Source: an uncultured Candidatus Saccharibacteria bacterium (GTDB lineage Bacteria > Patescibacteriota > Dojkabacteria > SC72). Taken from it: a stretch of 64,000 bases of DNA. Under the pieces are notes generated by a model. That model was not told the DNA's origin and made no database searches. It was given only the letters and a program-made list of their open reading frames with translations. Location: the NCBI GenBank assembly GCA_964560525.1, contig CAZLLO010000004.1, positions 530 to 64,529 of the forward strand, written 5' to 3'. A program made the position numbers and the translations under genes. Shown here in pieces: positions 1-8,810 of the stretch. The number at the start of each line of letters is the position of its first letter. The stretch's first letter is position 1.

Positions 1-1317
1 TTTTACAATATCTTGTATATTTCCAGCATTCTGTGAAGCACTTTTTTCAAACATATCTAATTCATCTGAGATGTCTTTGTTGTTTGAAATACAATCTTTT
101 AGCATTTCTTCAGCCTTTCCTTTAGTAATCTTTCCTTCTTTAAATTTCATAATTAATAATGAAAGATCATTCATATCAATCTCTTTTTCACCTTCTAATG
201 CAAATACCGTTCCCATCAACCAGTTAGCCGCTTCTTGTGCTGCTATTTTCGGTTCTAATTTTTCTGAGAGTAGGGTTTGTAATTTCTCAAAGTAGGAAGC
301 ATCTTTTCTGGAAGCAGATATGACCTCTGCCGCATACTGAGAAATACTCCAATCATTCATATATCGGGTTATCTTCTCATGTGGTAGTTCCACTAACTCA
401 GACTTTACTCTTTCAATATCTTCATTAGAGACCTCAATCACTGGAATATCTGGTTCTGGCATATATCTGTAATCGTCTGCGGTTTCTTTGGATCTTTGGA
501 ACTCTGTTACATTCTTGTTTGCATTCCAACCTCTAGTTTGCTGTATTGGTTTCTTACCTTCTTCAAGTTCTTTGGTTAATCTTTCTACTTCAAATTCAAT
601 AGCTTTTTCTACGGCTGTGATTGATCCAATGTTCTTTACTTCTACCTTTGGATTTAATTCATAGTCTCCAATTGGTAATATTTTCCCATCTTTCTCTTCC
701 CATCTTCCTTTTTCCTGTATAGAGATATTGGGTTCGCATCTCATCTGTCCTTTCTCCATGTCTGCGTCAGAGATATCCAAATATCTCGCAATCTGCCTTA
801 TCTGTGTTGCAAAGTCCTTCGCATCTCTAGCATTCCTAATACATGGTTTTGTAACAATCTCAATTAGTGGAACTCCTGATTTATTGTAATCAATTAGGGA
901 GTAATCATTTTCAGAAGTTGAAGTGTGATGTGTTGATTTTGCTACATCTTCTTCTTGGTGGATTCTTTCAATTTTTACTTCAAAGCCATTTGGTAATGTA
1001 ACTGATCCGTTAGAACAGATTGGATTCTTGTACTGGCTAATCTGGTAGCCTTTTGGTAAGTCTGGGTAGAAGTAATGTTTTCGATCAAAATATATTTCAT
1101 TTGCAATGGTACAGTTAGTAGCCAATCCCATGAGCATACACAATTCAATGGCTCGTTTGTTTGGAACTGGTAGTGCACCTGGTAACCCCATACATACTGG
1201 GCATACATGGGAGTTAGGTTCTTTCTGGAAGTATCCAGTAGGGCATGTGCAGAACATCTTGGATTTGGTTTTGGTCTGTACATGTATTTCTAGACCGATT
1301 ATTGTGTCATATTCCAT
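1..1317 (-). CDS. gatB: Asp/Glu-tRNA amidotransferase subunit B (runs off left edge)
   Basis: Not in ORF track. Manual translation from ATG 1317: MEYDTIIGLEIHVQTKTKSKMFC...FDRKHYFYPDLPKGYQISQY...RIHQEED, the GatB N-terminal signatures. Confidence 0.97.
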   Translation of the reverse strand, partial: MEYDTIIGLEIHVQTKTKSKMFCTCPTGYFQKEPNSHVCPVCMGLPGALPVPNKRAIELCMLMGLATNCTIANEIYFDRKHYFYPDLPKGYQISQYKNPICSNGSVTLPNGFEVKIERIHQEEDVAKSTHHTSTSENDYSLIDYNKSGVPLIEIVTKPCIRNARDAKDFATQIRQIARYLDISDADMEKGQMRCEPNISIQEKGRWEEKDGKILPIGDYELNPKVEVKNIGSITAVEKAIEFEVERLTKELEEGKKPIQQTRGWNANKNVTEFQRSKETADDYRYMPEPDIPVIEVSNEDIERVKSELVELPHEKITRYMNDWSISQYAAEVISASRKDASYFEKLQTLLSEKLEPKIAAQEAANWLMGTVFALEGEKEIDMNDLSLLIMKFKEGKITKGKAEEMLKDCISNNKDISDELDMFEKSASQNAGNIQDIVK

Positions 1318-1337
1318 AGTCAGTAATGTTACCAGCT

Positions 1338-2417
1338 TTATACAATTTCATCAAGGAAAATATCGTCTTTAGAGGGTTCTTTTGCAGAGATATAGTATGT
1401 TCCTCTCCCTTTGCCTTTGGCTTTGATGTATCCCTTTTCTACCATATCCTGAAGATCTCTGTATGAGGTCATAAAGGAGATTCCCATCATTTTGGTATAT
1501 TTGTTCCTCGTTACCTTGAAGTTTACAGCGATATAGTCAAGGAGTTTAATCTGTCGTGGATTTAGTAATACTTCTATGGCTCCTTGATTTCTTACTTTTT
1601 TAATATGTACATCCTTGTATTCTTTGGATACCTCTATAACTGTGTAAGAGAGAGAGTAAAGAAATGCTTCTAAGAACATAGTCATATCATGTTTGCCCTT
1701 TGAAAGCTTGAATGCAGAGGTTAAGTCCTCGCCAATGTATTCTAATGCTCTGAAATATGGGAATATATTGTCTGGATTGTAGCCATATGTTTTTGCAAGT
1801 ATTTCTAATGTAAGTATGGCTGTTGCTTGGTTACCTGCGAGGAAGGGTGCTTTGTCTATGAATTCATACAGTAGTATTCCTAGTTTTATGAGAAAGTGGT
1901 TATGATCTTTTCCATTTTTTACCCAATCAAACAAATCATTGAAGTAATCTCCTGGGTCAATGTTTGGGTAAAAATCTCTGTACTTGTACCATGTATCATA
2001 TATTTCATTTGGTTTTTCACTAAATCCTCTTAATTTTGCTAGATCCCAATCGTCTGCTATGTTCTTCATTAGAAGTTTGTTGATATGTGTACTTAATTCT
2101 ATTGATGGTTTTAATGCATTTGTAGGTCCATATGAGTTGATGAAATCTTTTACATTTCTAAAGTTTGTGAATATCTTTAAATTTTTTCTTTGTGATGGTT
2201 GTTCTTGTCCTCTTTGTATTTGTAATGCTTTATTATATCCTAATGGATTTCCGATCAGTTCTCCTAGTTTCTCTGTATCCTCTGCATCGTATTTCTCTTG
2301 TATTATGGATTTGTATTTTTCTGGTAATGGATAGTGGGTAATGTCTGCTACTGCTAACTCATATTTGATGAGGTAATTGAGTATGAGGCTTGTTATTGTG
2401 TATTGTGGTGTCTTCAT
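1338..2417 (-). CDS. Fic-family protein with C-terminal winged HTH (degenerate Fic motif)
   Basis: N-terminus MKTPQYTIT; motif KAPFLAGNQAT aligns to HPFxxGNGR; C-terminal TSYRDLQDMVEKGYIKAKGKGRGTYY wHTH. Start moved to 2417 because the ORF-track start lies inside a tRNA. Confidence 0.8.
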   Translation of the reverse strand: MKTPQYTITSLILNYLIKYELAVADITHYPLPEKYKSIIQEKYDAEDTEKLGELIGNPLGYNKALQIQRGQEQPSQRKNLKIFTNFRNVKDFINSYGPTNALKPSIELSTHINKLLMKNIADDWDLAKLRGFSEKPNEIYDTWYKYRDFYPNIDPGDYFNDLFDWVKNGKDHNHFLIKLGILLYEFIDKAPFLAGNQATAILTLEILAKTYGYNPDNIFPYFRALEYIGEDLTSAFKLSKGKHDMTMFLEAFLYSLSYTVIEVSKEYKDVHIKKVRNQGAIEVLLNPRQIKLLDYIAVNFKVTRNKYTKMMGISFMTSYRDLQDMVEKGYIKAKGKGRGTYYISAKEPSKDDIFLDEIV

Positions 2418-2437
2418 TTGTGTATATATATTTAACA

Positions 2438-2510
2438 AGCTAATGGGTGGCCTCGAACCACCGACCTTTCCCTTACGAAGGGATTGCTCTACCAACTGAG
2501 CTACATCAGC
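2438..2510 (-). tRNA. tRNA-Thr(CGT)
   Basis: Cloverleaf GCTGATG...CATTAGC, anticodon loop TT-CGT-AA, T-loop TTCGAGG; CCA not encoded. Confidence 0.93.
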
Positions 2511-2523
2511 TTAATGTAACGAT

Positions 2524-2552
2524 ATTGTAACAAAGAGGATGGGTAATGACAA
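2524..2552 (-). promoter_or_regulatory. sigma70 promoter of tRNA-Thr
   Basis: TTGTCA-17 nt-TACAAT on the minus strand just upstream of the tRNA. Confidence 0.7.
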
Positions 2553-2585
2553 GAAAAACGATGGGAAATTTTTATATTTGTTACC

Positions 2586-2620
2586 GTTCCTCTGCGATTG
2601 TTTGTGAACCGCAGAGGAAC
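2586..2620 (-). other. 3' stem-loop downstream of orphan gene
   Basis: 11-bp inverted repeat GTTCCTCTGCG/CGCAGAGGAAC with no U-tract. Confidence 0.7.
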
Positions 2621-2649
2621 ACTTACTGATTTATATTTCTTTACAATTT

Positions 2650-3378
2650 CTAGTTGTTTTGTAGTCGGATTCTTCGTGGAATTTCTTTTCCTGATATAAG
2701 GAAGAGATCTGGCTTTTGTGATACCAAGGCGGATTGGAATGGATTACCATCCTGATCGAGAATGGATGCTACAATCCGATTGTCTGGATTGTATACAATT
2801 TCTCGGAGGCATTTACATGCACTTTTGGGTTGTTCCCAAAGGATGCAAGGATCGCCTGCGTCGTAACGAATCCAGAATTTTTGGGGTTGAAAATCTTTTT
2901 GCATTGGAAGACCATTGAAAAGGTCGTCCTTTTGCTTTGTGGTTATTATCCAACATTCTTTGCTGAACTTGCCATCTTCTTGGTTGAAATGCCCAATGGC
3001 AATCTCATCAGGATAGAGAATCACAAGCTTTTCTGGTGCAGGAGTTGGCTTGATTTTCTGTTTAAGCAACTCTTTTTCCAAGGTTGGATACCTCTTCACA
3101 TCCTCAATTCTCGCCATTGTAGAGAGTGGTTTGCCCATTTCTAATGGTCTAGAATAGAGGAGCTTCTTAGCGGTACCAAGACCTTTTTTGTAGTCCTCAA
3201 CAATGATGAACCCATAACCCTGGAAAATTAGTTGGGTTGTAGTTCCATCTTGAGAAGCCTCAAAAAATGGCTCTTCACTTGTCAAATTACTGTGCAAAAT
3301 GCTAATTTCATCCCCTCCAGCTACTTTCAGTAGCCTAATGTGTTTCCCGTACCAACAGCACTTCCCAATTTGTAACAT
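2650..3378 (-). CDS. hypothetical (orphan) protein
   Basis: Long ORF; ATG 3378 (MLQIGKCCW) is preceded by SD GGAGG, so preferred over the TTG at 3411. Confidence 0.7.
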   Translation of the reverse strand: MLQIGKCCWYGKHIRLLKVAGGDEISILHSNLTSEEPFFEASQDGTTTQLIFQGYGFIIVEDYKKGLGTAKKLLYSRPLEMGKPLSTMARIEDVKRYPTLEKELLKQKIKPTPAPEKLVILYPDEIAIGHFNQEDGKFSKECWIITTKQKDDLFNGLPMQKDFQPQKFWIRYDAGDPCILWEQPKSACKCLREIVYNPDNRIVASILDQDGNPFQSALVSQKPDLFLISGKEIPRRIRLQNN

Positions 3379-3418
3379 TATCCCTCCATATGCGATGTTG
3401 TACTCATCCAAGATATTG

Positions 3419-3543
3419 CTATGAATGGCTATATACCAATTAATATAATTAGCATAGAGCCATCCATAGTTACTAGAAATTGTTAAAGATCAAGCTATTA
3501 AAAATAGAATATTATGAAATAGCTAGTCAGTACAAGGATTATA
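3419..3543 (-). promoter_or_regulatory. leader module: -10, hairpin, boxA-like site, long hairpin
   Basis: TATAAT 3538-3543; AGCTATT/AATAGCT stem 3493-3524; TGATCTTTAACAA 3480-3492; ~22-bp imperfect stem 3419-3469. Confidence 0.6.
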
Positions 3544-3574
3544 TCACTAGTAAGGGCTTGAAACTATAGGGGTA

Positions 3575-3650
3575 TGGAGCGAGAGACGGGACTCGAACCC
3601 GCGACATTCTCCTTGGGAAGGAGACATTCTACCAATTGAATTACTCTCGC
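3575..3650 (-). tRNA. tRNA-Gly(CCC)
   Basis: GCGAGAG...CTCTCGC-T-CCA, anticodon loop TT-CCC-AA. Confidence 0.96.
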
Positions 3651-3672
3651 ATATTATTGTTATTCTACAAAT

Positions 3673-3698
3673 AAAAAGGGACTATTTCTAGTCCCTTT
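3673..3698 (-). terminator. intrinsic terminator after YtxH gene
   Basis: GGGACTA-GAAA-TAGTCCC followed by TTTTT on the minus strand. Confidence 0.8.
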
Positions 3699-3722
3699 AT
3701 TAAATCAATACCAATCTATTAG

Positions 3723-4091
3723 TTATTTGTTAAATTCTGTTTTAACAATTTCCCAATCACCTCTTAATTGTGTTCCTAATTTCTTAGCAACCTCTGCTGT
3801 AACAGTTCCATCCTTTTTTATCTCCTCAACCACCTCTGTTACTAATCCCATATATTTAGATTCATCTATCTTGTCTCCTGCCTTTTTAAGTGCATCTAAC
3901 TTTTTCTCTAATGTCTTCTTAGTAACAGCATACATATCCATAGCTTTCTCTTGATATTCCTTAGCTAGTTTCTTCAGATCTTCTTGTGTTTCTTTACCAG
4001 ACTTAGGTGCTAAAAGAATACCTGCTGCAGCTCCAGCTATAGCTCCAAGAAATAGTCCTTTCAAAAATGAAAATGCTTTGTCTCCGTTCAT
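3723..4091 (-). CDS. YtxH-domain protein
   Basis: FLKGLFLGAIAGAAAGILLAPKSGKETQEDL is the YtxH signature. Confidence 0.88.
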   Translation of the reverse strand: MNGDKAFSFLKGLFLGAIAGAAAGILLAPKSGKETQEDLKKLAKEYQEKAMDMYAVTKKTLEKKLDALKKAGDKIDESKYMGLVTEVVEEIKKDGTVTAEVAKKLGTQLRGDWEIVKTEFNK

Positions 4092-4148
4092 ATGTTTATA
4101 TCTTTAAATTATATATATCTACATATTAGAACAAGGAGGAGAAAATAG

Positions 4149-4256
4149 CTACTTCTGTCTGGTCATCTTAATTATGAGGTATGCTACAACGATTAGTAAG
4201 AGAGGAGTTATAACTGCGATTAAAATTGTTCCTAGTGACGATATGTTCATACTCAT
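4149..4256 (-). CDS. small single-TM membrane protein (33-35 aa)
   Basis: Below the ORF-track cutoff: MSMNISSLGTILIAVITPLLLIVVAYLIIKMTRQK; hydrophobic helix plus basic tail; TAGCAT -10 lies 7 nt before the second ATG. Confidence 0.55.
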   Translation of the reverse strand: MSMNISSLGTILIAVITPLLLIVVAYLIIKMTRQK

Positions 4257-4349
4257 AATGCTATCATATCTTTGTACAAACAGAAATATTAAGATTGCGA
4301 AGGTGAAGTTTTTTTTGTACGATTTAGGAAATAATTAAAAACAAATGTT

Positions 4350-6299
4350 ATGAAAATACCCAAACTTTCTCGAAAGGCTATTGTTATTATTTGCTCATTA
4401 ATAGGTGTTTTACTGTTTACGGGGATAACAATCCTCCTGTACCCTCAGTTAACATATATTGCCTCAAAAGTAGAAACGGTAATTAATAATGTGGCAGATA
4501 AGGATAAAACAGAGGAAGAAGATCTAAATGCAGATTCTGACACTGATACAAAAGAGCCATCATCATTGGGAGGATACGAGGAAAACATTGTCTTTGAATC
4601 TGATGACGCATATGACTTGGTTCTTAATCCTAACGGACATTTAACCAAGGTAACTCCACCTGTTTCCATTTTTGTAAAATCTGACTCCAGTAAAGACATC
4701 TATGATCCAGATGAGAGGGTGACATGCTATGAAGCAGGTACTATTTCTGGAACTCTAAAAAGCGAAGGGCAGACTATTACCGTAAAATCAGGAACAAAGT
4801 ACTACGCAGCCTCATTTATGGTATATAATTCTCCTTCTGTGCTTTTTGGCCCTTATGAAACCGAAGGGTGGTTTCCATTTGGTGGTATTGTTAGATATTT
4901 CATTAATGATGGGAAGGTATACATTATAAATGATGATGATTTCTTTAGTGCTGCTACAATTTCAGGGATAGGAGAAATTGCAGAGATAGTTCCTGATACG
5001 AATAAAGATGACGATATGGATGATAGTTATGAAATCCATGAAAAAAGTATCCTAGAAAAGAATGTTGTTGTACTTGCCCCAGATGTAAGAAATCCAATTG
5101 ATGATAGTACATATTCTATAAAAGTTTCGAGTGATGATCCTGCTGTATTTAGCTATTATTTCTTTACTTCTACAAAAGGTGGAGAGTTTATCTTCTACGA
5201 TTACAATATCTCTGTTACTCCAGCCCAATCTCTATCGGGATATACAGAGGTAGATAGTTATAATGGATTAAAGATATATCAAAATAGTAAGAAGGGTTTT
5301 AGAATTGTTGATAGAGAGGGTTTCTTGCAGGAAATTTCATATGAGGCCCCTTTTTCTTCATCTGAAGAAGTAACATTTAACTGGTTAGATGGAACTACTT
5401 CTAGTGGTACATATTTTTCTTCATATGGGACTTGCGAGTCTATGAATGATGCAACTGAGGGATATGTATTTGAAGATGTCCCAGAATCTGAGCTTAAGAA
5501 AATTGGTGTTGCCGAGAATACTGATTTGTATGAGAAGAAGAGTTTTGCCACAGATGCATTCACTAAAAAGATGTACAAAGAAGACTATCTCGGTTCAGAA
5601 TATTGGAAATACAATGAAATATCCGATGATGATGCTAAGGCTCTGACATATGATGAATATCTCTCATATCATCCAGTAATATATGTTAAAGATATATATG
5701 GTGAATATATTAGATATACAAACAGCGATTTCTTTGCAGTTGGTGGATGTGCCAAGCCAGCTATATATTTGTATCCTCAGAAAACAACAGAAATATCGGT
5801 AAAAGTCATACCAAATGGTAAATTAACTTTCACATATCCCAAATATGGAAACGGTTGGAATGTTGTTGCATACAAGGATGGGAAAATTGTAAACAAAGCG
5901 GATGGAAGAACTTACAACTATCTCTGGTGGGATTCATATACTTACAAATTAAATGTTCCTGCCAAGGGTTTTGTAATTGAAAAGTCACAGATAGCAGAAT
6001 TTCTGAATGAAAAACTCTCAGCTATGAATCTTAACGAAAGTGAGAAAGCAGAATTTAAGGCATACTGGATTCCAAAGATTCAATATGAAGATTCTGAATA
6101 TATCTTCGTTACATTCTTGTTCAATGATGAAGTTAACCAAGTTGCAAAATTAGAAGTTGATCCAAAGCCAGAAAGTAGCTTCCGTGTATTTATGCTTTAC
6201 AAACCTGTTGATGATGGATATTTTGCAGAACCTCTAGATCTTAAAAATGTAAGCAGAACAGGATATATGCTTGTAGAGTGGGGAGGTGCTAAACTCTAA
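4350..6299 (+). CDS. membrane-anchored extracellular protein with C-terminal KP(A/V)IYLYP...EWGG domain
   Basis: N-terminal TM, acidic ectodomain, C-terminal CAKPAIYLYP...YLWW...EFKAYW...FRVFM...VEWGG block typical of an uncharacterised family. Confidence 0.8.
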   Translation: MKIPKLSRKAIVIICSLIGVLLFTGITILLYPQLTYIASKVETVINNVADKDKTEEEDLNADSDTDTKEPSSLGGYEENIVFESDDAYDLVLNPNGHLTKVTPPVSIFVKSDSSKDIYDPDERVTCYEAGTISGTLKSEGQTITVKSGTKYYAASFMVYNSPSVLFGPYETEGWFPFGGIVRYFINDGKVYIINDDDFFSAATISGIGEIAEIVPDTNKDDDMDDSYEIHEKSILEKNVVVLAPDVRNPIDDSTYSIKVSSDDPAVFSYYFFTSTKGGEFIFYDYNISVTPAQSLSGYTEVDSYNGLKIYQNSKKGFRIVDREGFLQEISYEAPFSSSEEVTFNWLDGTTSSGTYFSSYGTCESMNDATEGYVFEDVPESELKKIGVAENTDLYEKKSFATDAFTKKMYKEDYLGSEYWKYNEISDDDAKALTYDEYLSYHPVIYVKDIYGEYIRYTNSDFFAVGGCAKPAIYLYPQKTTEISVKVIPNGKLTFTYPKYGNGWNVVAYKDGKIVNKADGRTYNYLWWDSYTYKLNVPAKGFVIEKSQIAEFLNEKLSAMNLNESEKAEFKAYWIPKIQYEDSEYIFVTFLFNDEVNQVAKLEVDPKPESSFRVFMLYKPVDDGYFAEPLDLKNVSRTGYMLVEWGGAKL

Positions 6300-6300
6300 T

Positions 6301-6927
6301 ATGATATATCCAACATTAGATTTAGAAAAGACACTCTGGAAGAAAGGCTTTAAATTTGTAGCAGGACTAGATGAGGCAGGACGAGGTCCACTTGCAGGTC
6401 CTGTTGTAGCAGGATGCGTATGTATTACTTCTCCAGAGCAAGCAATAGAAAGTGTTAGAGATAGTAAGAAGATGACAGAGAAACAAAGGAATGAAGCATA
6501 TGATTTGATAATTCAAAAATCTAGTGGGTATGGTATAGGAGTTGTTGATGCTAAGCGGATAGACAAGATTGGTATAAGACATGCAGTGTTGGAGGCTATG
6601 ACAAAGGCAGTGGAGGAAACAGAGAAGATGCTAAAACAAAGAATAGACTATATCATTGCAGACGGTGGAATCTATCTCATTGAGGACTACAATATGGAAA
6701 GTATTAACAAAGGAGATCTTAATCATTATTCCATTGCTGCGGGATCTGTACTTGCCAAGGTTACAAGAGATAGAATAATGAACCAATACGCAAATAAATT
6801 TCCTCAATATGGGTTTGAAAGACATGTCGGATATGGTACTAAACTACATATGGAAATGATAAGGAAATATGGGCCATGTGAGATACACAGGATGAGTTTC
6901 GCACCACTTAACAAGATGGCCGTTTGA
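6301..6927 (+). CDS. rnhB: ribonuclease HII
   Basis: AGLDEAGRGPLAGPV, DSKK, KGD...SIAAGSVLAKVTRD, GYGT, HRMSF motifs. Confidence 0.97.
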   Translation: MIYPTLDLEKTLWKKGFKFVAGLDEAGRGPLAGPVVAGCVCITSPEQAIESVRDSKKMTEKQRNEAYDLIIQKSSGYGIGVVDAKRIDKIGIRHAVLEAMTKAVEETEKMLKQRIDYIIADGGIYLIEDYNMESINKGDLNHYSIAAGSVLAKVTRDRIMNQYANKFPQYGFERHVGYGTKLHMEMIRKYGPCEIHRMSFAPLNKMAV

Positions 6928-6983
6928 CATGTATTATAGGGTGGAGTAAGCTTTATTCATACAATATTTTAATACAAATATTT

Positions 6984-7457
6984 ATGACTCATGACCTTAC
7001 TGATCCTGATGCCCAGAAGAAAATAATTGATTGCCTGGAAGGTTATAAAGATTGGTATGACTTTGAACAATTACATACCTTTAACATAGGACAAAAAGAA
7101 GATCTTCATCTAGAAGAAATTTTTCAATGTTTAGGATTCTTTGGCTCTGATAATCATGTAAATCCTGAAAAAGATGGTATATTCTTCTCTATAAATGTCG
7201 ACGAGGAACCAAGTCTATACTACAAAAGAAATGCCAATACCATCAAAAATCCTATTGCTGCAACTATGAATGATAATCCTAAAATTGGAATTATTCTTAA
7301 TAGATATACAAATAAACTTGATTATTTCATTTGGGGTGGCTATGTATCTGGAGGAATTATTCGTTCAGACATAGATGGGAGTTCTAATAGAGGTAAATAT
7401 ATAGAGCTTGCAAATTGTTTAGTTGATATAGCCGAAAGACAAGTAGCTGTAGCCTAA
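6984..7457 (+). CDS. hypothetical protein
   Basis: Open frame; likely ATG start at 6984 (MTHDL). Confidence 0.6.
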   Translation: MTHDLTDPDAQKKIIDCLEGYKDWYDFEQLHTFNIGQKEDLHLEEIFQCLGFFGSDNHVNPEKDGIFFSINVDEEPSLYYKRNANTIKNPIAATMNDNPKIGIILNRYTNKLDYFIWGGYVSGGIIRSDIDGSSNRGKYIELANCLVDIAERQVAVA

Positions 7458-7476
7458 TTTCTAATAACATCTTAAT

Positions 7477-8451
7477 ATGGTAAGCAGTTCAACTCTTGAG
7501 TTACAAAATGATAATAGGGGAATAGTAGAAGAGCTTGCAGAAGAAGTGCCTAATAATACTGTTATAATATACTCTTTTAATGAGCTCCGAGAAAGAGAGA
7601 CTTCTATGAGGGATGTCTCTGATTCACTTGTGAGTATGAATGTTTACGAACAGAATGAAGAAATCGATTGGAATAATATGTCGATTCTTCTTTCGAAAGA
7701 TTCTGAATTTGGTTTACGATTATTGCTATTAAACAAAAAGATTGCAGAAGATGAGGTATTGGCTTCTCACTTAAAGGATCAGCAAGATCTTTTTTATCTT
7801 GGATTGCAGCTTGATACTGAAGGGAATAGCTTTTTTGTTGTTTCAAATAGCGTAGATCCAGAATTTCGTTTAGTAGAAGAAAATATGACAGTTGCACAGC
7901 ATTCTTTTGTCGCAGCATTGATGTTTTCGGTTCTGACGAGTTCGTACAATGATTTTGACGAAGATGGAGAAAAAGTTCTTAGAACGAAAGAGAAAGATAC
8001 AAAGAAAAGATATGAAAGAGAAATAGGAAGAGGAGTTAAAGAGTTGTTAAAAGAAAGCCCTGTTATCAAAACAAATTTTGATAAGAAAAAGGTAAATTCT
8101 TCCGATCTTAGTGGATATCTGATTAAAGAATCTTTAGCGAAATTGGGATTTTCAAGAGAAGAGTTAGATTCTTTAAAAGCAAAAATATGTGCCTATCATA
8201 ACCTGAATGGTGAGTTTGGATTGTTCTTTGTGGAGAAAGGGTCTGATGAAAATGATATTGTTGGTTCACAGAAGATGCATTGTGGTATTACAATATCTCC
8301 TAATGGGAAATTTAAGTTCTATATCTCTAAAGGTACTAAGGATAGTGAACAAATAATTCTGGGTAAGGATGCGGATTTAAAGTATTTTGAGTTTGTTAAT
8401 AGGCTTCTCTTTTACATTAGATGTTTAAATAACGGTAGGTATTGTCAATAA
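7477..8451 (+). CDS. hypothetical protein
   Basis: 324-aa ORF, no recognised family. Confidence 0.7.
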   Translation: MVSSSTLELQNDNRGIVEELAEEVPNNTVIIYSFNELRERETSMRDVSDSLVSMNVYEQNEEIDWNNMSILLSKDSEFGLRLLLLNKKIAEDEVLASHLKDQQDLFYLGLQLDTEGNSFFVVSNSVDPEFRLVEENMTVAQHSFVAALMFSVLTSSYNDFDEDGEKVLRTKEKDTKKRYEREIGRGVKELLKESPVIKTNFDKKKVNSSDLSGYLIKESLAKLGFSREELDSLKAKICAYHNLNGEFGLFFVEKGSDENDIVGSQKMHCGITISPNGKFKFYISKGTKDSEQIILGKDADLKYFEFVNRLLFYIRCLNNGRYCQ

Positions 8452-8498
8452 TTAATATCAAGGATATAATCTTCTCTGTTATTCATGTATTTATACAT

Positions 8499-8572
8499 GG
8501 GCCGCTAGCTCATCCGGTTAGAGCAACTGCCTTTTAAGCAGTAGGTGCTGGGTCCGAGTCCCAGGCGGCTCA
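8499..8572 (+). tRNA. tRNA-Lys(TTT)
   Basis: GGGCCGC...GCGGCTC-A, anticodon loop CT-TTT-AA; T-loop reads TCCGAGT. Confidence 0.9.
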
Positions 8573-8810
8573 AATTCTGAGACATTTCCAAGGACGATGT
8601 AGTCTTTTACCTCCTCAGAATTCTGATTTTATGTTCTTTTGTAGTGATAAGAAAAAGATAGCCTTTGATATTGTTCCCTCCTCCAAAAAGTCTCTGAAAC
8701 AAACCCAAGAATTACAAATAGACCTGGATTCTCGAGAAATAAAGAATATATAGAGGAATATTTGAGACCTGAGGATGATTAAAACTTGGTTATAATCTGG
8801 AACAAAAACA

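Noticed and set aside
2418-2495. N-terminal extension of the Fic ORF
   Set aside because: It overlaps tRNA-Thr; the internal ATG at 2417 gives a typical N-terminus.
8631-8753. 40-codon ORF after tRNA-Lys
   Set aside because: No recognisable motif or initiation signal; may be a gene remnant but cannot be supported.
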